Shown here one piece after another: positions 26,163-35,772 of a stretch of DNA of 64,000 nucleotides (position 1 is the first letter of the stretch; each line of letters starts with the position of its first letter). Below the pieces are notes generated by a model that was not told where the DNA came from, made no database searches, and worked only from the letters and a program-made list of their open reading frames with translations. This stretch comes from Burkholderiales bacterium (GTDB lineage Bacteria > Pseudomonadota > Gammaproteobacteria > Burkholderiales > SG8-41). The DNA is taken from positions 73,144 through 137,143 of the forward strand of contig JAIETP010000008.1 in assembly GCA_019744975.1 (NCBI GenBank), read 5' to 3'. Made by a program: the position numbers and the translations under genes.

Positions 26163-27728
26163 TTACTGCGGCCGAAACTCAAAAGCGTTGGTGCGTTCAT
26201 CCGCACGCGGTGCATACGCCACACCTTTGCGCGTGGCCCAGACGCTTTCCTGGTGGTAGAGCGGGATGATGCCCAGTTCGCTCATCGCCACCGCGGTGGC
26301 TTCCTGCAGCAGTCGTTCGCGTCTTGCGTCGTCGACCGTGGCCAGCGCCTGGTCGAGCAGCGCATCCATTTTGGCGCTGGAGTAACGACCGCGGTTGGCG
26401 TTGCCCATGCCCTTGGCGGTGTCGAAGGTGGCGAGCAGGGCTTTCAGCGGAGAAGAAGCCTCTGCTGTATCCGAACCCCAGCCGACCAGCATCAGGCTGA
26501 ATTCGAGCTTGTTGGCGCGGCTGAAATAGACCGAGGAGGGCATCACATCGACCTTGGTGACGATGCCGACGCGGGTCAGCATTTGCGCGATGGCCTGCGC
26601 CACCTGTTCGTCATTGACGTAACGGTTGTTCGGGCCGTGGATGGTCAGGCCGAAACCGTCGGGATATCCGGCGGCCGCCAGTAATTTGCGCGCGCCCTCG
26701 GGATCAAAGGCTTCGGGTTTCACTTTCGGGTCGTAGCCGAACATGCCTTCGGGCATGACCTGACCGGTGGCGACTGCCGCGCCCTCCATCAGGCGTTCGA
26801 CCAGCGCCTGGCGGTTGATGGCCTTGGATATCGCCTGGCGCACACGCACATCCTTCAGCGGATTGCGGTCCAGCGGGCGGCCGGCCTTGTCGGTGACCAG
26901 CGGCGACTGGTCGCGGTTGCTGTCGATGTGCAGGTACATCACCCGGTGCGAGACCTGGCGGTAAACCGACAGGTCGGGATTTTTCAGCACCTTGGCCAGG
27001 TCGGAGGTCGGCACGTTTTCAATGGCGCGCACATCACCGGACAAGAGGGCCGCGACCCGCGTCGGGTCGGAGGTGATGACGCGGAAGGTCACCTTGTCCC
27101 AGGCCGGTTTGGCGCCCCAGTAATTGTCGTTGCGCGCCAGTTCGACGCGGTCGCCTTTTTGCCAGCGTACGAATTTGAACGGCCCGGTGCCGACGGTGGC
27201 CTTGCCGCTATTGAAGTCATCGGTGGTGGCGCCCCTGGCGCGTGCCGGGATGATCATGATGGTACTCATGTCATTGGGCATCAGCGGGTACGGTTTCGCG
27301 GTTTTGAGCCGGATGGTGTACGGATCGACGGTGATGCGTTCGGTGATCTGTTTGCTGTAGGTCGCGAACGAAGAGGGGCTGTTCGGTACATTGGGCACGC
27401 GGTCCAGCGTCGCGGTGACGTCGGCCGCGGTGAATTCAGTGCCGTCGTGGAATTTGACGCCGCGGCGCAGCTTGAATTCCCAGGTCAGTTCATCGACCGC
27501 GCGCCACGATTCGGCAAGCGCCGGTTTCAGCCGGCCGCGCGGATCCTTGGCCACCAGGGTTTCAAACACGTGGTTGCCGACATTGTTGTTGGGGGTCAGG
27601 TTGTGGAAATGCGGATCCATGCTGGTGACATCGGCACCAAGCGCGATGCTGAGATCGGCGGCGGTGGCCGGGGTTGTCGTGAGGGCGGTGGCCCACAGTA
27701 TTGCGGCCGCCAGGGTGCGCATGTTCAT
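26163..27728 (-). CDS. ABC transporter substrate-binding protein, family 5 (DppA/OppA-like)
   Basis: I prefer the start at ATG 27728 (MNMRTLAAAILWATALTTTPATA) after GGAG. It is a 521-aa paralog of 24109..25797. Confidence 0.9.
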   Translation of the reverse strand: MNMRTLAAAILWATALTTTPATAADLSIALGADVTSMDPHFHNLTPNNNVGNHVFETLVAKDPRGRLKPALAESWRAVDELTWEFKLRRGVKFHDGTEFTAADVTATLDRVPNVPNSPSSFATYSKQITERITVDPYTIRLKTAKPYPLMPNDMSTIMIIPARARGATTDDFNSGKATVGTGPFKFVRWQKGDRVELARNDNYWGAKPAWDKVTFRVITSDPTRVAALLSGDVRAIENVPTSDLAKVLKNPDLSVYRQVSHRVMYLHIDSNRDQSPLVTDKAGRPLDRNPLKDVRVRQAISKAINRQALVERLMEGAAVATGQVMPEGMFGYDPKVKPEAFDPEGARKLLAAAGYPDGFGLTIHGPNNRYVNDEQVAQAIAQMLTRVGIVTKVDVMPSSVYFSRANKLEFSLMLVGWGSDTAEASSPLKALLATFDTAKGMGNANRGRYSSAKMDALLDQALATVDDARRERLLQEATAVAMSELGIIPLYHQESVWATRKGVAYAPRADERTNAFEFRPQ

Positions 27729-27829
27729 GGTTTTCTCCGCGGGTGGATGAACGGCTAGCATACCGCATGCCCTGCGTTGACAGTGCAGTGCGGCCTGCCT
27801 ATCCTGACCCTTTAACGACGGACGTCAAC

Positions 27830-29011
27830 ATGAAGCCGCAAGTCGCGCCCGGCGCCGAAACCCTCAAGCTGATCCGTGAACTGATCGCCTTTCCGACGGT
27901 CAGCCGGGATTCCAACCTTGAACTGATTGATTACGTGCGCGAGCTGTTGCGGCCGCTCGATGCCGACGTGCGCATGACCTACGACCGCGACAAACGCAAG
28001 GCCAACCTGTTTGCGACGCTGGGTCCGCGCGGCATGCCCGGTGTGGTGCTGTCGGGCCATACCGACGTGGTGCCGGTGGACGGCCAGGACTGGGCCAGCG
28101 ATCCGTTCACGGTCACCGAACGCGACGGGCGGCTTTATGGCCGCGGCACTTCCGACATGAAAAGTTTCATTGCCTGTGCGCTGGCGCTGGCGCCGGAGTT
28201 CGTGCAGCACGGATTAAAGACGCCGGTGCACATGGCCTTCAGTTATGACGAGGAAGTCGGCTGTCTCGGTGTGCGCGACCTGCTGGCGGACATGGTGCAG
28301 GCGGGCATCAAGCCGGCGTCCTGCATCGTCGGCGAACCGACGGAAATGCGCCCGGTAATCGCGCACAAGGGCAAGCAGAGTTACCGCTGCACGGTGCGCG
28401 GCCTGGCCTCACATTCCGCGTATGCGCCGTACGGCGTTAATGCGGTGGAGGCGGCGGCGGAGGCGGTGGCGTTCTTCAAGCAGCTGGCGCGCCGGCACCG
28501 CGACCGCGGACCCTATGACCGCGGCTTTGATGTTGCCTATACGACGGTGCACACGGGGGTGATCCGTGGCGGCACGGCGCTCAACATCGTGCCCCATGAC
28601 TGCGTGTTCGATTTCGAATTCCGCAACCTGCCGGGGGATGATCCGAATGCCTTGTTGCAGGAATTCGAGGCGCATGTGCGCGGGGCGATCGAGCCGGAAA
28701 TGCATGCGGTGGATCCGCGGAGCGGGTTCAGGATTGTCAAAATGTCCGAAATCCCGGCGCTGGATACCGGCGCCGAGGCGGAGATCACCGCGCTGGCGCA
28801 GGAGTTTTCGGGCAGCAACGACATTGCCAAGGTGTCGTTCGGCACCGAAGCCTCGCAGTTCCAGGTGGCGGGGGTGCCGACCATCGTGTGTGGACCGGGA
28901 TCAATCCGTGAAGCACACAAACCTGATGAGTTCGTCACCCTGGCGCAGGTCGCGCAGTGTGAGACTTTCCTGCGGCGGCTGTTTGGGCGCTTGACTACAG
29001 GTCGTTCATAA
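27830..29011 (+). CDS. argE: M20-family deacylase, acetylornithine deacetylase (ArgE)-like
   Basis: ATG 27830 (MKPQVAPGAETLKLIRELIAFPTVS). Motifs LSGHTDVVP, GRGTSDMK and DEEVGC are present. The upstream part of the track ORF overlaps the divergent SBP gene, so I rejected it. Confidence 0.82.
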   Translation: MKPQVAPGAETLKLIRELIAFPTVSRDSNLELIDYVRELLRPLDADVRMTYDRDKRKANLFATLGPRGMPGVVLSGHTDVVPVDGQDWASDPFTVTERDGRLYGRGTSDMKSFIACALALAPEFVQHGLKTPVHMAFSYDEEVGCLGVRDLLADMVQAGIKPASCIVGEPTEMRPVIAHKGKQSYRCTVRGLASHSAYAPYGVNAVEAAAEAVAFFKQLARRHRDRGPYDRGFDVAYTTVHTGVIRGGTALNIVPHDCVFDFEFRNLPGDDPNALLQEFEAHVRGAIEPEMHAVDPRSGFRIVKMSEIPALDTGAEAEITALAQEFSGSNDIAKVSFGTEASQFQVAGVPTIVCGPGSIREAHKPDEFVTLAQVAQCETFLRRLFGRLTTGRS

Positions 29012-29032
29012 CTTCGGGATTTCGGTTTTAAA

Positions 29033-29117
29033 CCCCGTTCGCCCTGAGCCTGTCGAAGGGCGGCTGGGCTTCGACAAGCCTGTCCTGAGCAAAATCGAAG
29101 GGCTCAACCCGAACGGA
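29033..29117. repeat. REP-like palindromic element (ccgttcgccctgagcctgtcgaaggg family)
   Basis: Inverted termini ccgttcgccctgagcc versus gggctcaacccgaacgg. The core cttcgacaagcctgtcctgagc recurs inverted at 41014-41035. Confidence 0.7.
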
Positions 29118-29200
29118 GGTTATAGTGATGAAGAGTATAAATATTTGATTTTATTGTATTTTTTAGAGCTATCGGCAACTGAATTCCGGGTTCCGATGTT

Positions 29201-29608
29201 CTAGTTGTTTTGGGTGGTCGCAATGAACTTGTCGTCACCCTGTTGCTCGCGCTCGAACTCGAGGAATTCGTAGTAACCGCAGCGTTTGGCATCCGGATAT
29301 TCGCGGCACACGGCGGGGCGTGATTCGTACACCGTGCACTGGCGCTTTTTGGTGTCGAACAGCTTGCAGATCCTGCCGTAGTGTTTGTCGTCCTGCTGTT
29401 TCAGCGAGCGCACTTTTTCGGTGCGGTCGAAACGGGTGTAGCTGGATTCGGCCTGCGCATAAGTGATTTCGAAGCGTCTGGCCAGCCGCGCGATGTCGCG
29501 TTTGCCGACCTCGATCAGCGGATAGCTGCAGCAGTAGCCGGGACATTTGCTGCAGTCGTACTGGTTGGCGGATTTTTTTGCGGTCTTGCCCGAACTCGTT
29601 TTGCTCAT
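29201..29608 (-). CDS. YkgJ-family cysteine-cluster protein
   Basis: 135 aa with a CSKCPGYCCS (CxxCxxCC) motif and additional conserved Cys residues. Confidence 0.78.
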   Translation of the reverse strand: MSKTSSGKTAKKSANQYDCSKCPGYCCSYPLIEVGKRDIARLARRFEITYAQAESSYTRFDRTEKVRSLKQQDDKHYGRICKLFDTKKRQCTVYESRPAVCREYPDAKRCGYYEFLEFEREQQGDDKFIATTQNN

Positions 29609-29676
29609 TTTGAATATTACACGCCGGTAATGCAGCGCCTTTTGGGAAAGCGCGCATTCTACCCGCGTGTGACCGC

Positions 29677-30411
29677 TCAGTGGTGAAGGATTTTCGACAA
29701 AAACTGCTGTGCGCGCTCGGAGCGCGGTGTGCCGAAGAAGTCATCCTTGCCGGCGTCTTCGACGATTTCGCCGCGGTCCATGAAAATCACCCGGTGCGCG
29801 ACCTTGCGCGCGAATCCCATTTCGTGGGTGACGCACATCATGGTCATGCCTTCCTGGGCCAGTTCGACCATCACGTCGAGCACCTCGTTGATCATTTCCG
29901 GGTCGAGCGCCGAGGTCGGCTCGTCGAACAGCATCGCGATCGGGTCCATGGCCAGCGCACGGGCAATCGCCACGCGTTGCTGCTGGCCGCCGGAGAGTTG
30001 TCCCGGGAATTTCTGCGCATGGTCGATCAGTCCGACACGCGTCAGCAGTGCGCGGGATTTTTCCGTGGCTTCCTCGACGCCGCGCCCCAGCACCTTGACC
30101 TGCGCCAGGTTCAGGTTGGCGGTGACATTCATGTGCGGGAACAGCTCGAAGTTCTGGAACACCATGCCGATTTTGGCGCGCAACTGCGGCAGGTTGGTCG
30201 TTTTATCACCCACCGACTGGCCGTTGACGATCAGGCTGCCTGACTGGAACGGTTCCAGGCCGTTGACGCATTTGATCAGCGTCGACTTGCCCGAGCCCGA
30301 AGGACCGCAGACGACGATGACCTCACCTTTTTCGACCTGGGTCGTGCAGTCCTTCAGCACCTGGAAGCTGCCGTACCATTTGCTGATGTTTTTGAATTCG
30401 ATCATGGCCAT
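29677..30411 (-). CDS. gltL: glutamate/aspartate ABC transporter ATP-binding protein
   Basis: 244 aa. From memory it is near-colinear with E. coli GltL (FKNISKWYGSFQVLKDC..., GPSGSGKSTLIK, LSGGQQQRVAIARAL, ...FLSKILHH). Confidence 0.92.
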   Translation of the reverse strand: MAMIEFKNISKWYGSFQVLKDCTTQVEKGEVIVVCGPSGSGKSTLIKCVNGLEPFQSGSLIVNGQSVGDKTTNLPQLRAKIGMVFQNFELFPHMNVTANLNLAQVKVLGRGVEEATEKSRALLTRVGLIDHAQKFPGQLSGGQQQRVAIARALAMDPIAMLFDEPTSALDPEMINEVLDVMVELAQEGMTMMCVTHEMGFARKVAHRVIFMDRGEIVEDAGKDDFFGTPRSERAQQFLSKILHH

Positions 30412-30438
30412 GATGGATTGCCTTCGTTTTAACAGACC

Positions 30439-31128
30439 CTAGCGTGGCGGAGTGATGCGCAACTGCAGCCGCTTGACGGTATACGATGCGAGGAAGCAGA
30501 GGATGAAATAGATCAATGCCGCGAACAGGTACATTTCCACCAGCCGCCCGTCGCGCTGCGCGACCTTGCTCGCCGCGCCCATGAAATCGGTCAGGCCGAC
30601 CACGTAGACCAGCGAGGTGTCCTGGAACAGGATGATGCCCTGGGTCAGGAGTATCGGCACCATGTTGCGGAAAGCCTGCGGCAGCACCACCAGCCGGGTG
30701 GCTTGCGAGTAGGTCAGGCCCAACGCGTAGCCGGCATTGACCTGGCCCGCGGGCACGCTCTGGATGCCGGCGCGGATGATTTCGCAGTAATAGGCGGCTT
30801 CAAACAGCGTGAACGCGATCAGCGCCGAATGGAACGGCCCGATGCCTTGGGCGTAACTGTCGCCGCTGATGTGTTTGATGGCGATCGGCACCAGGAAATA
30901 AAACCAGAAAATCACCAGGATCAGCGGTGTGGCGCGCAGCAGGTTGACGTAGATGCCGGCCGGGACGCTGATGGCCTTGATGCTGGACAGGCGCATCAGC
31001 GCGAGTATCGTGCCGAGCACGATGCCGCCGACCATCGCCAGCAGCGTCAGCCACAGCGTGGTCAGCATGCCCTGCCACAGATAGGGTAGGGCGCGCTGGA
31101 TGACGTCGAAGTCGAAGTTCGAAAACAT
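30439..31128 (-). CDS. gltK: glutamate/aspartate ABC transporter permease
   Basis: 229-aa polar amino-acid permease, positioned between gltJ and gltL. Confidence 0.88.
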   Translation of the reverse strand: MFSNFDFDVIQRALPYLWQGMLTTLWLTLLAMVGGIVLGTILALMRLSSIKAISVPAGIYVNLLRATPLILVIFWFYFLVPIAIKHISGDSYAQGIGPFHSALIAFTLFEAAYYCEIIRAGIQSVPAGQVNAGYALGLTYSQATRLVVLPQAFRNMVPILLTQGIILFQDTSLVYVVGLTDFMGAASKVAQRDGRLVEMYLFAALIYFILCFLASYTVKRLQLRITPPR

Positions 31129-31131
31129 TTG

Positions 31132-31857
31132 TTATTTCCCGGTGCCGATGTAGCCGGGCACCCGTACGCGGCGTTCCAGCAACTGCATCAGGACCACCAC
31201 CGCCATCGTGATCACCACATAAACCACGGTGGCCAGCGTGAAGATTTCAAAGGTGCGGAAGGTGTATTCGGAGATGGTGCGCGCCTGGGCGGTGAGTTCG
31301 AGCACACCGATGGTCAGCGCCACCGAGGAGTTCTTGAAAATGGTCAGAAATTCCGAGGTCAGCGGCGGAATCACGATGCGGTAACCCATCGGCAGCAGCA
31401 GGTGGCGGTAAACCTGCGGCATGGTCAGCCCGGTGGCGAGCGCGGCGTGGGTCTGGCCGCGGGGGATGGACTGGATGCCGGAGCGCACCTGCTCGGCGAC
31501 GCGGGACGCGGTATAGAAGCCGAGCGCCAGTACCGCGCTCCAGAATTCGGGCATCGGCATGCCCTGCTTCATCCAGGTGCCCAGTGCCTTGGGTACGATT
31601 TCAGGCACCACGAAGTACCAGATGAACATCTGCACCAGCAGCGGGATGTTGCGGAACAGTTCGACGTAGGCGGTGGCGGGGAGGTTGAGCCACCACACCC
31701 TGGTGGTGCGCATCACCCCGAGCACGGAGCCGAGAGTGAAGGCGATGACCCAGGCGCAGAGCGAAACCAGCAATGTCCACTTGATGCCGGAGAAGACCCA
31801 GTCAAGGTAGGTGCCGCCGCCGGAGAATGCCGGCTGTGTCAGAAAGCCGAAGTCCAT
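31132..31857 (-). CDS. gltJ: glutamate/aspartate ABC transporter permease
   Basis: I prefer the start at ATG 31857 (MDFGFLTQPAFSGGG). It is a polar amino-acid permease family member. Confidence 0.88.
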   Translation of the reverse strand: MDFGFLTQPAFSGGGTYLDWVFSGIKWTLLVSLCAWVIAFTLGSVLGVMRTTRVWWLNLPATAYVELFRNIPLLVQMFIWYFVVPEIVPKALGTWMKQGMPMPEFWSAVLALGFYTASRVAEQVRSGIQSIPRGQTHAALATGLTMPQVYRHLLLPMGYRIVIPPLTSEFLTIFKNSSVALTIGVLELTAQARTISEYTFRTFEIFTLATVVYVVITMAVVVLMQLLERRVRVPGYIGTGK

Positions 31858-31969
31858 GAACTCAGTGTAACTGCAACGGCAAAGCCGGCGCAAAAAAATC
31901 GGGGGGCCGAAGCCCCCCGATTTAATCGTATTACCCGCTGGATCAATGTGCCGGGTTAATGTGCCAAGA

Positions 31970-32890
31970 TCAGCACTTCATCTTGCCGCAGGCGCCGACA
32001 CCCGTGTCATTGGGGTTCTTGATGGCGGCTTTCAGACCGTCCGACATCGGGAAGTTCAGGTTGATGCCCTTGGGCGGGATTTTCGATTCAAACCATTTGG
32101 TGTAGAGCTTGTTGATTTCACCGCTCTTGTAGAGCCCGCTCACAGTGTCATCGACCAGTTTCTTGAACGCCGGATCATCCTTGCGCAGCATGATCGCGTA
32201 CGGGTCGTCGGACAGGAATTCGCCGATGACTTCGAAGTCGTTCGGGTTCTTGGCGCCGGCTTTCAGGCCGTAGAGCAGGATGTCATCCATCGGGAAGGCG
32301 ACGGCGCGGCCGGTATCGACGGCGAGGAAGGATTCAGCATGATCCTTCGACGGAATGAAGTTGATGCCGAGTTTTTTCTCGTCGTTATAGGCCTTCATCG
32401 CGCGTTCGTTGGTGGTGCCCTGGGTGAAGACCACGGTTTTGCCCTTCAGATCGTCATAACCCTTGATGCCTGAACTTTTCTTGACGATGATCTTGGTGCC
32501 GGTCATGAAGTAGGTGGGTGCGAAGGCGACCTGTTTCTGCCGTTCAACCGAGTTGGTGGTCGAACCGCATTCCATGTCGATGTTGCCGCCCATCAGAACG
32601 GGGATCCGCGTCTGCGAGGTCACCGGCACGAATTCGACTTTCAGGTTCGGCATTTTCAGTTCGGCCTTGATGCGGTCGACGATTTTCGCGCAGATGTCCA
32701 TGCCGTAGCCGATGGGTTTTTGCTGGTCATCGAGATAGGAGAACGGTACTGACGCGTCGCGGTGGCCGACTTTGACCACGCCGGTGTCCTTGATTTTTTT
32801 CAGGGTGCCGGTCAGTTCCTGTGCCTGCACGGGTGCGGCAAGCAGGCCCGCAGCGGCAATGGCGGCGAACAGATGCGAAATTCGAAACAT
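31970..32890 (-). CDS. gltI: glutamate/aspartate ABC transporter substrate-binding protein
   Basis: I prefer the start at ATG 32890 (MFRISHLFAAIAAAGLLAAPVQA). The mature part is typical of GltI-like family 3 SBPs. Confidence 0.88.
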   Translation of the reverse strand: MFRISHLFAAIAAAGLLAAPVQAQELTGTLKKIKDTGVVKVGHRDASVPFSYLDDQQKPIGYGMDICAKIVDRIKAELKMPNLKVEFVPVTSQTRIPVLMGGNIDMECGSTTNSVERQKQVAFAPTYFMTGTKIIVKKSSGIKGYDDLKGKTVVFTQGTTNERAMKAYNDEKKLGINFIPSKDHAESFLAVDTGRAVAFPMDDILLYGLKAGAKNPNDFEVIGEFLSDDPYAIMLRKDDPAFKKLVDDTVSGLYKSGEINKLYTKWFESKIPPKGINLNFPMSDGLKAAIKNPNDTGVGACGKMKC

Positions 32891-33036
32891 GGTTAGTCTC
32901 CTTGTGTTCATGAAACGGAAAATGTCGGGGCCGCCGTCTGGATGACGGTATCGGAGCGTTGCAAGATTCAATCTAAGGGAAGTCACCAGCTTTGTCCAGT
33001 TTCGGGAGTGTCGGTTAGATGCCGAAAGTCGATTGT

Positions 33037-33786
33037 TTACAGAGGCTTGCTTGGTTGTGTGACCGGCCCGCTGGCAGCTTGATGCCAGGCCACGCAGGCC
33101 CGCGCCAGCGCGCGCGTGGCATCGATGCAGCGGGCCTTGACCGGGTTGTCGGCGTAATCGATCGCTACCGGTGTTTCGGTGCAGGCCAGAACCACCGCCT
33201 GCGCACCGCTGTCGAGCAGCCGGGCGACGGCCTCCAGGGCGAGACCATGGGCGCGCGGCAGATCGTTGGCTTTGACCGCGGCGATGGCCGGCAGCACCAG
33301 TTGATCCTGGTCAGCCCGGCTGCTGAGTATGCAATCGAGGCCGCGCGCGGCAAAACGCTGCTGGAAAAATCCCGCCTTGACGGTGCCATCGGTGCCGAGC
33401 AGACCGATCTTGCCGGCCGTGATGCCGCGTTCGGCGAGCATGTCGCAAACGGCGTCGGCAATGTGCAGGATGGGCAGCCCGCCTTGCCGCACCAGATCGT
33501 CATGCCAGTAATGCGCGGTATTGCAGGCAATGGCGACCACGCTTGCGCCGGCCTGTTTCAGCGCCGCGATGCCGCGCAGCATCTGCGGCAGGGGTGATTC
33601 ACCGCCATGGAGGATCGCGGCCGGGCGTTCGGGTATCTGCGGCACACCCCAGGCGACGTAGGGAATATGGTCCTGGTCGCGCATCGCCGGAGTTTCGGCC
33701 ACCAGTTTGGTGAGGAAATCGGCCGCGGCGAGCGGGCCCATGCCGCCCAGAACGCCGAGCAGGGGAAGAGAACGAGTGTTGGTCAT
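33037..33786 (-). CDS. aspartate/glutamate racemase family protein
   Basis: 249 aa. Both catalytic Cys motifs, IACNTAH and VLACTE, are present. Confidence 0.85.
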   Translation of the reverse strand: MTNTRSLPLLGVLGGMGPLAAADFLTKLVAETPAMRDQDHIPYVAWGVPQIPERPAAILHGGESPLPQMLRGIAALKQAGASVVAIACNTAHYWHDDLVRQGGLPILHIADAVCDMLAERGITAGKIGLLGTDGTVKAGFFQQRFAARGLDCILSSRADQDQLVLPAIAAVKANDLPRAHGLALEAVARLLDSGAQAVVLACTETPVAIDYADNPVKARCIDATRALARACVAWHQAASGPVTQPSKPL

Positions 33787-33866
33787 GTTGGAACTTGCTG
33801 ATGATCAGGGTGGTTAATCAGGATTTTAATTGTTCCGGACGCGCCAGCGTCCCGGACTGTAAGGGT

Positions 33867-34748
33867 TCATTCCAGAAAGCCTTCAATCAGCCGCGCGACG
33901 GCCGCGGGCTGATCGTGATGCAGCATGTGTCCCGCGTCTTCCACCCAGGTTTCCCGGAGATTGCGGAACGCGTTTTTGCGCTCGGCCAGCTGTTCCGGCG
34001 TGTCCTTCAGGTAGCCGGTGCCTTCGGAGTTTCGTCCGTACACCCACAATGTCGGCGCAGTGACCTCGCGCCAGCAGGCAATCAGTTCTTCGACGCGGAA
34101 CAGCACCGGGTTGGCGCGTTTGTGGCGCGGATCGCTGAACATTTCGATCACTCCAGGTGCGGTTTCGCGGGCCCAGATGCGCGCGATGTACTGTGCTTTT
34201 TCAGTGCTCAGTCGCGGATTCTCGCGTTGCAGCCGCGCCGCCAGTGCGTCGAAGGAGTGGTAACTGCGGAAACGCGATTCTTCCGAGAGTTCACTTAACC
34301 AGCGCCGGTAACGTCCCGGCGCGTCGGCGGGTGTGGTGCGTGCGAGGCCGAAACCTTCCAGCGAAACCAGTTGTCCAACCCGGTCAGGGCGGATGCCCGC
34401 ATAAGTGCCGGCGATGACGCCGCCCATGCTGTGGCCGACGATCTGTGCCGGCTGTTCCGGTGAATACAAGGCGAGCAGAGCGTCGAGATCGGCGTAATAG
34501 TCCGGGAACCAGTAACCGTGTTCCGCCCATGCGGACAGGCCGAAGCCGCGCCAGTCGGGCGCGATCACCTGCCAGTCGCGCCGGAGTTCGTCGACGACGA
34601 ACTGGAAGGAGGCCGACACATCCATCCAGCCGTGTAGCAGGAACAGCGGCGGCGCACCGGCAGGGCCCCAGATGCGCACATGGTGGCGCAGGCCGTTGAA
34701 TTCGTGGAAGGCGGAATGGCTGGGTTTCATGGTGGCGGCAATGTCCAT
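33867..34748 (-). CDS. alpha/beta-fold hydrolase
   Basis: 293 aa. It has the HGW oxyanion region (LFLLHGWMD) and the nucleophile elbow GHSMGG. Confidence 0.8.
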   Translation of the reverse strand: MDIAATMKPSHSAFHEFNGLRHHVRIWGPAGAPPLFLLHGWMDVSASFQFVVDELRRDWQVIAPDWRGFGLSAWAEHGYWFPDYYADLDALLALYSPEQPAQIVGHSMGGVIAGTYAGIRPDRVGQLVSLEGFGLARTTPADAPGRYRRWLSELSEESRFRSYHSFDALAARLQRENPRLSTEKAQYIARIWARETAPGVIEMFSDPRHKRANPVLFRVEELIACWREVTAPTLWVYGRNSEGTGYLKDTPEQLAERKNAFRNLRETWVEDAGHMLHHDQPAAVARLIEGFLE

Positions 34749-34752
34749 CAGT

Positions 34753-35655
34753 TCAAGTGTTGCGTGCGGCTGTGCGGTTGCGTAATGCCGTCCAGGACAA
34801 TACGGCGAGGCTGGTGACGATCAGCAGCATGCCGGCGGACTCGACGGCGCCCGGTTGTTCGCCGAGTTGCAGCCGCGACGACAGCACGCCGATCGCCGGC
34901 ACCGCCATCACCGCCAGCCCGGCGACACCGGCCGGCAGCAGTTTCAACACATAAAACCACAGGGCCCAGCCGAGTACGGTGCCGAACAGCGTGGCGTAGG
35001 TCAGCAAAAACCAGAAGTACGGTGTCCACTGCACCGGGCGCGCCGACAGGAAAAATCCGGCGACTGCGAGCACCAGCCCGCCGAGCAGCATCTGCCACGC
35101 GGTCAGCGCAAAAGTACCGACGGCCAAATGCTCACGCCAGCGCCGCGTCAGCACCGCGGCGATGGCCCAGCTGACCCCCGTCAGCACCGCCAGCGTGTTG
35201 GCGGCGAAGCTGCCCTGCAGCGCCCAGGGTTCGAGCACCAGCAGCAGGCCGGCGGCGGAGAGTGCGACCGCCAGCCACTGCAGGCCGCGGATGCGTTCGC
35301 CGAGCACCGGCCAGGCGATCAGCACGGTCCAGAACGGCATGGTGTAGACCAGCACAGCGGTTTTGCCGGCGGCGCCGGATACCAGAGCCCAGGACACCAG
35401 CCCGTTGAAGGCGGCGGTCTGCCACAGGCCGAGGATGAACACATGGCGGGGTGAGCGCAGCGCCAGCGATTCGCCGCGCCAGGCGGCGATGGCAAACAGC
35501 AGCATGGCGCCCGGCAGCGTGCGCAGCGTGGCGTAATCCCAGGGATCGGCAAAACGCACCCCTTCCTTGAGGATCACCCAAGTGTAACCCCAGACGGCGG
35601 ACAGCGCGATCAGCGCGAGGATGCCTTTGCGGGGCAGCGGCGGGTGTGGCATCAA
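34753..35655 (-). CDS. EamA/DMT-family transporter
   Basis: 300 aa, about 10 TM helices, with two EamA-like halves. Confidence 0.85.
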   Translation of the reverse strand: MMPHPPLPRKGILALIALSAVWGYTWVILKEGVRFADPWDYATLRTLPGAMLLFAIAAWRGESLALRSPRHVFILGLWQTAAFNGLVSWALVSGAAGKTAVLVYTMPFWTVLIAWPVLGERIRGLQWLAVALSAAGLLLVLEPWALQGSFAANTLAVLTGVSWAIAAVLTRRWREHLAVGTFALTAWQMLLGGLVLAVAGFFLSARPVQWTPYFWFLLTYATLFGTVLGWALWFYVLKLLPAGVAGLAVMAVPAIGVLSSRLQLGEQPGAVESAGMLLIVTSLAVLSWTALRNRTAARNT

Positions 35656-35735
35656 TAAGGGTGGGGTGCGGAGTCGACGCGGCAGCGGGAATGATGCGGG
35701 GATTGTATGCGGGAAATGCGGCGGACCGGCGATGA

Positions 35736-35772
35736 CGCTGCCTGTTGCGTAGATCGTACGCAGCAGGCAGCG
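35736..35772. promoter_or_regulatory. 16-bp-arm palindrome in the divergent eamA/dnaE control region
   Basis: cgctgcctgttgcgta (35736-35751) pairs with tacgcagcaggcagcg (35757-35772) with one G:T. The loop contains GATC. Both flanking genes point away from it, so a terminator role is unlikely. Confidence 0.5.
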
